Assembly: GCA_002269645.1 (NCBI GenBank)
Contig: NIVC01003723.1
Location: forward strand, 16,559 to 80,558
DNA from: Macrostomum lignano
Taxonomy: Eukaryota
Direction: 5' to 3'
Length of the DNA stretch: 64,000 nucleotides
Part shown: one piece after another, positions 48,830-59,480 of the stretch
Layout of the letters: the number at the start of each line of letters is the position of its first letter
How positions within the stretch are numbered: the stretch's first letter is position 1
Position numbers and translations under genes: made by a program
Notes under the pieces: model-generated
Database searches by the model: none
Seen by the model: the letters and a program-made list of their open reading frames with translations, nothing else
Told to the model about the DNA's origin: nothing

Positions 48830-50880
48830 GCAGCTATACGCCTATAATGTATTGTGTATCTATGGGAATTCTTCGGGCAATTGGGCGTGATAAAACCAGA
48901 CAAAACCTCAGTGCGAAGTTTAGCTTTTGAATATGCTGGTGGCACTGGCAGTGCATTTCGCGCTGCATCTGTCCACGGGCAGATCCAGCTGTGGCCAAAA
49001 TATTTGGGTCATACTTTTTATTGGCCTGTAACATGCAAGCTAGGCCTATTTTTAAATGTCGGGTTGTAGTTCCTTGGTATAGCTTGTCCCCCCCCCCCCT
49101 AAAAAATTCTAAATCCGCCCTGGCACTGTGTTTTCGTCTCAACTCATATTTCCTTCTTTTCCACTCTCATATGGCCCGCACGTCCCGCAGGCAAAAACTA
49201 GATATTTTATGTTGCTAAAAAGAAATTGAGAAGAAAGAAATTGTCAGGGAGTCGGGGGAATGGGGCAATTCACGCGTTGCGTTCTCGACTGTACTGCGGC
49301 GGCAATAGATCGATAAGAAGGCTGCGCATGCTGTGGGGCCTCCCTCCCCTCTGTACTCTTTCAAGTTCAAACAGCGCCATTCCTTCCTTTCTAACCAATA
49401 GGCAGCGAGCTATGACTTATTCACCCAATGCCCGTGCATGATAGCTTTGCTACCCCTTCATGCCTCTCTTTCTTTCTTACTCGTGTTCAGTGGTTCACAA
49501 TAGAAGCGAATTGCCATCTTGTCCCTTCCCTTACGGTTATTATTTAGCTGCCGTCAGGCTCCAGCACACTAAGCAGCTCTCTCTCTCTCTCTCCACTCTT
49601 GCTGAAAATTAAATGGTGCTGCCTGCAACACTGCACTGGAACTGCAACACCGTTGCTGCTGTGGCATTAATTCATCCACAAATTGCAATACCAAGACCAA
49701 CACACATAGGTACCTATACCTACCGACAGACCCATTATTACTTTTTAGTAATGGATAGATGTGAGTATTTATTTATTCTATTTCAACTTCAACTAACTGT
49801 TGTCGATGTCGAACAGTCTTCGCGACTGCTTGAAAATAAACAGAAAGTGTCTATTTGATTTTTATAGGTAGAGATAAATAGGCGTATATTTTTCATTAGA
49901 AAAACTTGAGTCGTGACTGATTGTCAAAAACTTTTAGATCTAGCTAGAGTGAAATTGCTACAAATTTTGTAATACTTAACTGGTTTTCCTAAGATTCTTA
50001 GGATTGGGATATCCAGGACTTAGAAAATCTTGGGATTCTTAGGATTTGGATATCCCAGACTTTGCCAAGATGCCAATCCTGGGATCCAACAAATTGGGCC
50101 AAGTGCCTAAGATCCCAAGATCCTAGGGGCTAGGATTAAAAAATTTTCTAATCTTTGGACTTTGTTAGTGCAATTTTGATTTATGATGCCATCTAATCTG
50201 ATTTTAAGGGGCTTTTAAATAATAATTAGTAAAACAAAATAAATTCTTTTGGAAGTTTTGCTAACAAGAAACTGATAATTAGCTCTAAATTGGAATGTGA
50301 TAATAGCCTGGTATGATTGATGCATTATTTATTTTATATACTTAAGACTGGCAATCTTTTACTTTACTGCGTTTAATTTTTTAATGGTTCTTTTTAAATT
50401 TCAGAACATAAAGATGGTAGGAGGATAAACGGTAAGTGTCTTTAAGTGTCAGGTAAATCAATTAGTCAGTAATAATGAGCCACCCAGTACAGGAAATTGT
50501 CAAACTCCTTTCTAGTTCATATGCCCAAGAATTTCGCAGTAGCCCATAGGTGGCCAGCCAGCGAATAGTTTGCTGGCTGTTAGACATCAGCAGCATAAGC
50601 TTGCGTAGCATGATGTCAATGTTGCACAGCTTGGGTGCTGGCCTTAGATTGGCCTCGGGCACAATCGTAGTAGGTGCAGAGGGCCTTCCAGCCATCAGTA
50701 AGTTGGCTGAAATGAGAAAGAAAAGTGAAAAATAATGAAACACAGTAAAGTAAAAGATTGCCTTAAGACTTAGTATCAGCTTAGGAAAATCACACTTGAT
50801 TATAATTTAACCTAGGGAATGATAACTTATGAAAGCTATGGCCTGAAGCCAAAGTATTTAATACTATGATAAAAAGAGAT

Positions 50881-51519
50881 GAGTGTTCCATCGTAAGGAG
50901 GGTCTATGTACCGTAGCCGTAAGCAAAACTATGGCTTATTCCAATTTTCTATATTCCATAGCCGTAGGGACCCTAATATTACCATATTCCTGTAGTTCCC
51001 ATAGCTGAAGCCATAGTTTTAACAAAAAGTCTAGAAAACAAAATATTTTGAATCAAGAAGATAACTTGGTGCTTAAACAACTGCAAATTAAGTTAGAAAA
51101 TAAAAGAAACCCTCAATTGCTTTTGTAAGATTATATTTTGTCTTTTTTCAGAGCAACAATACTTAATTGTTACTGAAAGTACTAATGCTGAACTTTTTCA
51201 CATCAATAAAAATTAGAGTTTACTAGTGTTTTATTGTACTTTTTTAGGTATATTTTTAAAGGTTTCTAAGTTGATAATACAGTTTACTAAAAGTATCTTT
51301 GTTTTACTCTACCTGTTTCTAATATTTTTTCAATGTTTTAACATGAATAACTATGGCTACGAGAATCTATGGAATGTGACAACAACTACCATATTTCCAT
51401 AGTTGTAGCCATAAGAGCAGCTAGCTACCATAAGTGTATCCATAGCTGCCGTAGGCACCTATTTTACTGTATTTGCAATAGGATCCCATAGTCATAGCTA
51501 TGGCTACGGCAGAACACTA
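50881..51519. mobile_element. hAT-type MITE (639 bp)
   Basis: Termini GAGTGTTC / GAACACTA and a perfect 8-bp target-site duplication AAAGAGAT (50873-50880 and 51520-51527). Confidence 0.78.
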
Positions 51520-51919
51520 AAAGAGATCCACCACTCAGACCTCACCTCATGCTTGGGCATAACAAGGGAATCCTATTTGCTCGCTGCACTCCCTAAGAAG
51601 TGACACTGAAAAATGGGGTCTACAAGTTAAGGCCCAAGTCCCCTCCCCATTCCCCCAATTTCTTGCCTGGTTAGCATGCCTTTTGCATAAGGAATCGTCG
51701 AAAAGAAGTAAACAAAAATAATTAAGACGGTGTCGAAGAAAATATTCACTGCATTAATTTAATATTTTTTTTCTATGTTGCTCAATTTTGGAGAATAAAT
51801 CAATATAAAAATCCTCCATTGCACTGGCAAATGACAGGCAAGAACTCCCATTGAAAAGCACTTCTTCAAGACTCATTGACTCCAGTAGGACTACAGATAG
51901 AATCACTCACCCGATAACT

Positions 51920-53600
51920 TTACCTTCTTTCTCTTTAAGGCTTTCTCATTCTTCAAGTTGTCGTTGGTCTCATTCACAAAGTTCTTCAAATAGATTCTGA
52001 CTGCTGGGGTGAGGATTCTGGAGGAGAAAATAACCCCAGGTCTTCCGCAAGGACACTTCTGTTTCAGCATGTCGCGGAACTCACTGGATCTGCTGATGCT
52101 ATCCTGGCAGAGCTCTACGATACTCTAAACAGCTCCTCCTGAGTACAGCAGATCAGCAGTCAGCAAAGTCTTATCCTTCAGGTGGCCGAACACAAAGTAG
52201 GTTACCTCTTCTTCGTAGAAGAAACACGAAGTCACTGGGGCACTTCAGACCACCACGATCACGCATCTTGATCAAGGCAAAATTCTCAGCGTGGGCCTCA
52301 TCATCGGATAGGAACTCCAAATAGTCGGCAGTGACCAGGAAGTTCCTGCAATCCTGGCACTTCAGCTGACCACACAGAGACTTCGTGACATACCCACCAA
52401 AATAGGAGCACAAGTTCAGATCAGTTGATGAAAGAGCAGCACTCAGATGCTCTAGGCCAGGCAGCGACAAAGACAACAGTTGGCTTAAGAAGTCAGACGG
52501 ATTTCCTTGATCAAGAATTTGCAAGTCCCTCAGCTTAAGTCCATGAAATTTGAGCAAGCTCGAGACGCAGATCTTCTCCGCCTGAAAGATCTGACGCACG
52601 GAAAGGAAGAAGTTGCCACTGTGAAATTGGCGGTAGCGACCGAAGCGGCGCTCAATCCAATCGCTGACAATGCGGCCTGTCAAAACGGAAGGAAACGAAT
52701 GCTTGGCCAACAGGTGCTCTGTGAGGTCAGCAAGAATGAGGCAGCAGGATCTCACGGCTAAGAATGTAGGAGCAGTCAAGCCAGGCAGCTTTGACTTCTT
52801 CCATCGATGAAAAAAAGTGGCAAACTGGCGCAGCTTTGAAAGCCTTGGATCATTCGGAACCAACGGAGCAGTGTCCGGAAGCCGCTTCTCCTTTGCCTTC
52901 TTCGTGGTCCTAACATTCCACATCGTCCACAGACTCAGAATAAGCTGTAAGAAGGTGATCAGACCGATGGGAAACCTGTGGAACTTGGCAGCCTCCACTG
53001 TGGACTCGCTGAAAACATTGGCAGCGTTCTGGACGTTTGTCTTCTTCAGGTTTGTCGGATTCAAGGACCTCCTGTTCAGCTTGTGAGCAATCCGAGCAGG
53101 CTGCCGAGCTCCAGGTCATGCAGCCGGTGCAACTCTAGGAAATTCGCTGTCTGGATCTTCTGTGGATCCGAAAAGTCAGGGAACTGAAACACTCCACGAG
53201 AAATCCAGTTGTTCAGGATGTTCTTAAAGTTGTGCACGGGATCAAAAAGGAGAAATAGACGCTCACCGGACACCGGATGGGAACGGAGGACTGAATCTGA
53301 CCTTTGCACAGATGAACCTGAAACAGGCTCCCGTTCACTGAATTGTTGTTCACCACACAGACAACCAGCTTCAAGCCAACCTTGTGCAGCAGGGTAATGC
53401 AGTCAATCAGATGCTTGTGCAGATCCTGGGCGTTCAGGTGGCTTTTGGGGACCAGGGAAATGACTTCTTGGAAGTCTCCATGCAGGGACTTCGTGAGTAT
53501 ACGCGTCTTTCTCTGGGGCCTTTGAGTTTGTGTTCTCACTTTCTTGAGATAGATGTCTAGCGGTCTAAGGTTCTTACAGCTCTTAGTCTCTCCTATCAGG
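51920..53600 (-). mobile_element. Decayed P-element/THAP9-like transposase
   Basis: LFLLFDPVHNFKNILNNW, KKTNVQNAANVFSEST, GLTAPTF, VLTGRIVSDWIERRFGRYRQ, CQDC and RDRGGLKCPS follow the P-element transposase order; frameshifted. Confidence 0.82.
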
Positions 53601-54803
53601 CCGTCAGAGAAAACCGTATAAACTGACGGGATCTCCTAGTATCTAAGCTGAGTTCGATTCTGTCTAGTATTTGCTCTAGGCAATAGTCAAAGCAAATAAT
53701 TGATTCAAGACTTGGATTTGTGCCAACTGGATAATCCAGAAACTAATTCAAATGGAGCGATTCAAGATCGAAAACTGCGCAGAAAAAAAACGAAGCGCCG
53801 CTCCAGCTTGAGATGAGCGTCTATTTGTACCAATTAGCAGCACTAATGGTATTTGTACCATTTTTGGCCTCCCCCGCCGCCGGTGGGGTGTCTTCGCGTT
53901 GTTAGCAACGGCGGGGGGTTTTGAGCAATAACAAACTGGGACTTAGTCCCCTAATTGTACATGAATTTAGTTAGTTCTAATAGGTTGCTAAGTGTGAAGG
54001 TTAGAGATTATTCGGGCTTTCGCAAATCTATGTGTTGAGTTGGATAAAATTTGGGATTGAAAGATTATAGAAAGAGTGCTTAGTTTTCCGTCTCTACACT
54101 CTGTCCATGAATGATTAAACAGTCCTCTGTTTCTCTCGGTTGTCAGGCAGCTTGGGGTTGATCTCGCCTTCTTGGGCAGCTTCGGGTTGGGTAGGAGTCT
54201 CTAGGTGGGCCTCACGTTTTCTCCCTCAGGGTGCGCCAGAAGATGCCGCGTGCCGCGTTGTTCTCTAAGTCAGGCCGCTGCTCAGTTTGCTTTTCCCGGC
54301 CGGTTTAGTCGCCATTGTGCCTGCGGCGGGGTGACACTACTAACTGGAATGGAAAGAGGTTTTGTTAGATTCGGCTATTCAAATTGACTTGACAGTTGAT
54401 TAATTATCTTAAAGCTGCTTCTATTTGCTCTTCTAATAGCTATCTAGGGGTTCCAATGTGCTCTTCTGCCTCGCCCTTCACTGCGCCTGGGCATTTCATA
54501 AATTTCTACCTATCTTCTAACTGAGAGCAAAACTTCAGATTTCTAACTCTTACATGATTCTTCCTTTTTTCAAAATCCTTGTGCTAACAAGGATTTGATT
54601 CATCTATTATCGGTGTGTTATCTGTTATAGTAAGATATAAGATGTTAGAAATCTGCAGAAGGCAGTAAAACGTTGTATTAGAAGTAGAGGTAAAATTAGA
54701 GGTTGAGGTAAATTGGAGGTAAAATTAGAGGTAGAGGAGGATGTGCTAGCAGAGATCTATAAATAGCTATGTCAAAGTTTTTCAGTGTTATAGAGAGGCA
54801 GCT

Positions 54804-55133
54804 TCAATTATTGTAGCCTTCCTCGTCCTCTGGGCGGGTGCCTTTCGACCATAGATATTGGCGGTAGCCCTGTGACGTGGGCCACGGCCGGCTGGTCGCG
54901 GAGGCCTTGTAGGGGCCTCCGTCCCATGGAGTCTTTTTGGGGGTTAACACGCGTCCCCATTCCTTGTCTTGTTCGGCGGTTTGCGTGGCCACCGAGTGGC
55001 CACCGTCGATGTCGTACTCGGCGACCTGTGTTTGTGCGTCCTTTTTAACGCACTTGTGGACATGGATATTCACGTCCAGAAAGGCCTGGCCCGGTCGCCG
55101 GGCGTAAACTTTATCGATGGTGTATGCTGCCAT
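54804..55133 (-). CDS. Hypothetical 109-aa protein next to the Maverick-like remnant
   Basis: ATG-initiated intact ORF in a GC-rich island; contains DAQTQ and VATQT. Confidence 0.4.
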   Translation of the reverse strand: MAAYTIDKVYARRPGQAFLDVNIHVHKCVKKDAQTQVAEYDIDGGHSVATQTAEQDKEWGRVLTPKKTPWDGGPYKASATSRPWPTSQGYRQYLWSKGTRPEDEEGYNN

Positions 55134-55420
55134 GATTTAAGCGCTGAAAGTAAACGAGAGTATTTTATTGATTCTTGCGTGTGGTGGTTTAGCGTGTATC
55201 TTTCTCGGCCCATAGCTTCTCTTAGCGATCTGCTGTACATTAGATCTATCCCCTGCGTACATGGGGTGGTGGGTGAGGCGGGACGCATGGGGAGGGATTT
55301 TGAATCTGGACTTGGAGCCGCAGGGGGGTCCTTTCTTTTCTAATCGTCGGCTCCTTCCGTTTTTAACCGCGGCGCATGTGAGAGTAGCCCCTAAAGTTAG
55401 CTATTCAGCATGTTTTCCGA

Positions 55421-55654
55421 TTGCCCTTAACGCTAACTGATCTCATTATGTCTGAGTTTGCTATGCAACGTCTGATTCGTATTATTGGCGAGTTGAAGGA
55501 GCGTCTACACGCCGTGGAAGACCGGTCTGTCGGTCTCGAGCGGCGACTGCTTTACTTGGAATCACGATCGGTTTCGCAAGATTATGGGCTACGTACGCTA
55601 CAAGGTTGGCTGGGCGGAGTGGGGGCGGCGGCCTCCTCTTGTGTCTACTCCTAG
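55421..55654 (+). CDS. Hypothetical small coiled-coil protein
   Basis: Heptad-like LIRIIGELKERLHAVEDRSVGLERRLLYLE; an ATG at 55448 could be the start. Confidence 0.3.
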   Translation: MPLTLTDLIMSEFAMQRLIRIIGELKERLHAVEDRSVGLERRLLYLESRSVSQDYGLRTLQGWLGGVGAAASSCVYS

Positions 55655-55807
55655 TGCTCTTATTCTGCTGCCTCTACCGGCGTCGTTACCAGGCCCTACC
55701 TGCCTAGTGAGCAAAATGATTGCATTGATTAGATTATTTAATAACAATATATTAGGGAAGTCTATTTTGTATGTCATAAACATGGTTATCAATCGGGTGT
55801 ATAAGTG

Positions 55808-57290
55808 TCAGTGGGCGTTGAATATCACGACGTTGAGAATAAAGAGTAACATAGAGAATATATCGAGAGATAAAATTCGGGTGCAAAAATTATCAGGATG
55901 AGCAATATTTGTGGATACAATTTGTTTCAAGGTTAATGTGGTTAGTGTTAGATTATATAGCGTTGTAGCTCGATATTTACTTGTAGCTTTCTTACACTCC
56001 TGTATATTCAAGGTTAACTTCAAGAAAACAGCCCCTGCCATTAGGAATATTCTTGTGATACTCTAGATTATTTTCAAACTTGAAATCTCCCACAGGAAGA
56101 TTTTTCATCATTGCTTCACCATCTAAATTATTCTTGTCCAAGTATAGCATGTACGACGATTCAGAATTGCTGTCATAATTTTTTAAATACTTGTTATTCA
56201 TTTTTAATATTGATCTCCACGAATTCCAGAGAAACCGCCACGAATGCCACTTTCTATCATAGATATAATTTCTTTATCACCAAGTAATTCCAATTCCACA
56301 TTATTATATTTCAACCCAAATGCCCACGATAATCCAGAAAGGGAAAAGCAATACGCAGGATCTATCTTGAAATATTTCAAGAATGTTGATCGAAAATTCT
56401 CAAAAGCATTGATAAATGAGTAAATCTTTCTAATTATTGCTGTTGTATCACTGGGTGGCAAATATTTTATTTCTTCTTCAGAGAGTGTAAATGGTGGTTG
56501 CAAAAACCTAGATCCATCTAAAAACACAACGCCACTTGTATAATTCCCCCACTTAATTGCAACATCCGATGATCCGATGAGTCTTCCGATTATTTCGAAA
56601 TGAAATCCAATTTATACGCTGTATTCTTTATTTGTGTTAATGGCACTATCCAATAGTTTAGATCTTTTCCAGATTCATTCAGGAGAAACAACGGTACTGT
56701 TTGATTCGCCTTGCCCTCCTTGGTATTACATGATTAACATGCTACGCCGCGATATTTACCATTGTAGTGATTATGCTCTCCAATTTTTTACTATCTACAA
56801 ATGGCCTTGAGCAGAGAAAACATTGTTCTGCCGCTTTGTAATCAGTCTCTTCGTTATCACCTAATCTTGGATGTTTATATCTGTCCATTTCATTTTTTAT
56901 ATGCTCAGACTTTTTAATTACGATTTCAACGAATGATTCCACTGTAGTATTTGAAATAATATCTGATTTTATAATATTTTCATAATCGGAACAAATAAAA
57001 AGTGTCCAGTTTGATAGCTGTATGGATTTATCATCCATCGTTACATAATCCAATATAGCATAAAACACAAATGGCTTTCTTACACTCATGTGGTAGTTTT
57101 TAAACTTTAACATCCTCTTATCAATCTTTGGAACTTCAATTGACACCTTAAAGTCGACACAAAGTGCTTTATGATTATCCAGTGCATCCTGGGAGTATTT
57201 AACTTGAAGACACTTTCGACAAAGTAAAACCCCATTGTTGGACGTGAGGAATGAGTTTAGGTCTGTTATTAAACAATAATGATTTTTAAC
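55808..57290 (-). pseudogene. Protein-primed family B DNA polymerase of Maverick/Polinton type, fragmented
   Basis: Fragments in native order: LLCRKCLQ...HKALC, PFVFYA, CFLCSRPF, SLSGLSWAFGLK...IESGIRGG, MLYLDKNNL (motif A-like), LPVGDF and GCFLEVNLEY. Confidence 0.8.
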
Positions 57291-57523
57291 AAGTAGTAAA
57301 TCAATAAAATCGGGGTTGTCGTAGTCTTCTGTCAGACAAATGGAATATATTGACTCTTAATTTTTAATATCTCTCAATCAAAACACATTTATATGGAGGC
57401 TGTTCAACTTTTCAATCTCAGAGATATCTCGAATGTCCACTGAAAACCAAAGCAGATGTCAATCATGTAATACCAAGGAGGGCAAGGCGAATCAAAACCA
57501 AAGCAAAGATGTGTTCATTTTTA

Positions 57524-58140
57524 TCATTCATGTTTGTGGCAAATATGTCTAAAATTGGATAAAGTTAAAATGTATAAGAACAATGGATACACTATAAGAA
57601 CAGTTGATCCTTCAGTGGCCGAATTAATATGAACTCTATAAACGGAGAATTTTTTGGTGAAAGCTACTTCGAAATACTTCATCACTCCAGGAACTAAACC
57701 AGTGTTTTCGGTAGAAAAAATATTCTCAAAGTCTCTCTTGTTATTGCTTCTTTTCAGAATAAAAATTTTTGGTTGATTTTTTATAATTTCACCACCTGCT
57801 TTGGTTCTTTTCAATCCGAATTTCCAAATTTGAGTAGACTCGGGAAGTCGTACTTCAATGTAAGAATTGGGATCATTCCCCGATGCCCATTCGGAATTAG
57901 AAACTATATACGTTTTTGTGTAGACATTGTTTACGCGCCCATGAGCATCGTCAATTAATTCTAACACGGTGATATTTATTGCGTCACTATCCGTCTTGGA
58001 ATAAGAGCCTGAAACATTTCTCTTTGCTAACAATAAATTATCTATTTCCTCTCTCTTATATCCTTCACTTTCATTGATGTATCGATCATCAGCTAACGCT
58101 ATTGTTATTCCAGGCGCTATATCATTTGAATTTGACGAGT
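57524..58140 (-). CDS. Maverick-associated protein with an F5/8 type C (discoidin)-like domain, possible fibre/spike
   Basis: SEWAS...YIEVRLP...KFGLK...QPKIFILKRSNN...KYFEV...YRVHINS pattern, recognised by eye. Confidence 0.45.
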
Positions 58141-58339
58141 AACCAAATTGATTTGCAGTATTCTTGTTACTTATTTTATTTTAATTGCTGCAAAATTTCA
58201 TTATAGCTATCTCCTTTATCGATTCGGTGTAAAAAGTACAGATACATTTGACCGCAATATTTCTTATCAAAATTTTGATTTGTTTCTTCCCTGTCTCCAC
58301 ATATTCTATTCTTTGTGTGATTAAACTTTTCCATAATTT

Positions 58340-58606
58340 TTAGTGGGGGTGGTAGTGCATAGGAATATAAAAATAAACCTTATCAGGAGCTGAAAAGATA
58401 GCTGAATAATGTATACCCAGTTCTTTTGAAGTGTGAATATTTGTCATAAAGTAACCACACTGTGCTAAATTAACAATCTCATCTCTTATGGCATAACGAA
58501 ATGGTTTTAACTTGAGATATTTTGCCCAATTTATCTGATCAATTTTTGTCGTAGTGTCAGTCCCAAACTTTTGTTTGAATGCGCTCCAGGTTTCAGCTTT
58601 GCTCAT
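58340..58606 (-). CDS. Hypothetical protein in the Maverick-like gene cluster
   Basis: ATG-started 88-aa ORF directly after the penton-like stop. Confidence 0.35.
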   Translation of the reverse strand: MSKAETWSAFKQKFGTDTTTKIDQINWAKYLKLKPFRYAIRDEIVNLAQCGYFMTNIHTSKELGIHYSAIFSAPDKVYFYIPMHYHPH

Positions 58607-58615
58607 TTTTAACGC

Positions 58616-59040
58616 TCATATTTGTCTTATGTTAAGAATAATAAATATTTCCTCACCATCAAAGTCGTATAGAACACCAGACTCATCTTCGATGACTAAG
58701 TCAAATGTGCTTATCATGTTTGTAGTTAGTCGTAGGTACACAGGATTTGCAGGCTCTTGAATAATTTTAGTTCTCATCGGGACAGAGAACGATGGAATTG
58801 AAAGAAGTATTTGCTCATCAATTAAATGATTTCCATTAGCTGGATCAGTGATAAAACCCCCTTTGATATTTAGACAACGAACCATGATCGCACTTCTAGC
58901 GCCGTCTATCCGTGCTGCATTTCGAGCTCTCTCAAATGGTTTCAAATACACTTCCCAATTGAACCCCAACAGTCTTCTAAAATTATTAGAATGTGCATCC
59001 CTGAAATCAACTTGATAATCTGTGGCTAACCGTAACTCAA
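58616..59040 (-). CDS. Maverick/Polinton minor capsid (penton)-like protein, 5'-disrupted
   Basis: IMVRCLNIKGG...PSFSVPMRTKIIQEPANPVYLRL...ISTFDLVIEDESGVLYDFDGEEIFIILNIR matches the C-terminal pattern of Polinton minor capsid proteins. Confidence 0.6.
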
Positions 59041-59289
59041 CTCTACGCGTGTCTAGGCTTGCACTGAAGACAATAGCTCCCTCTTTCCAATCCCATGAAC
59101 CTGCTTGAATCTTTATTTTTTTTATGTTCTACCACTATTCCTAGAGTATCGTAACTCGATAACTCGAGTATTGCCTGCTTTAATATTGTTAATGGCATAT
59201 GTCCTTCTGCCTTAGCTGCTAATAAAGTTAACAGGAGGCTTATATCATATATCATATTATATCATAATATCATGCTACTACTACTGTCT

Positions 59290-59480
59290 TCTTAATTTTT
59301 CGCTACTTTTGCGCCTGCTTCATCGGCTGTTTCTATCATTGACTGCCTTTGCGATTCCAGCTGCACCCCCAGCTACTCCTCCTGCAGCTGCTGCATCCGC
59401 CAGTCCTGAGTGGTAAATTGTCTTCTTTAACTAAATTTAACTCCGGCAGAAATAAGATTGCCTATGTAATCCATTGTAAG
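59290..59480 (-). pseudogene. Gly/Ala-rich Maverick-type small ORF remnant (GGVAGGAAGIAKAVND)
   Basis: The motif GGAAGIAKAVN is one I recall from invertebrate Polinton small proteins; the frame here is broken. Confidence 0.45.
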
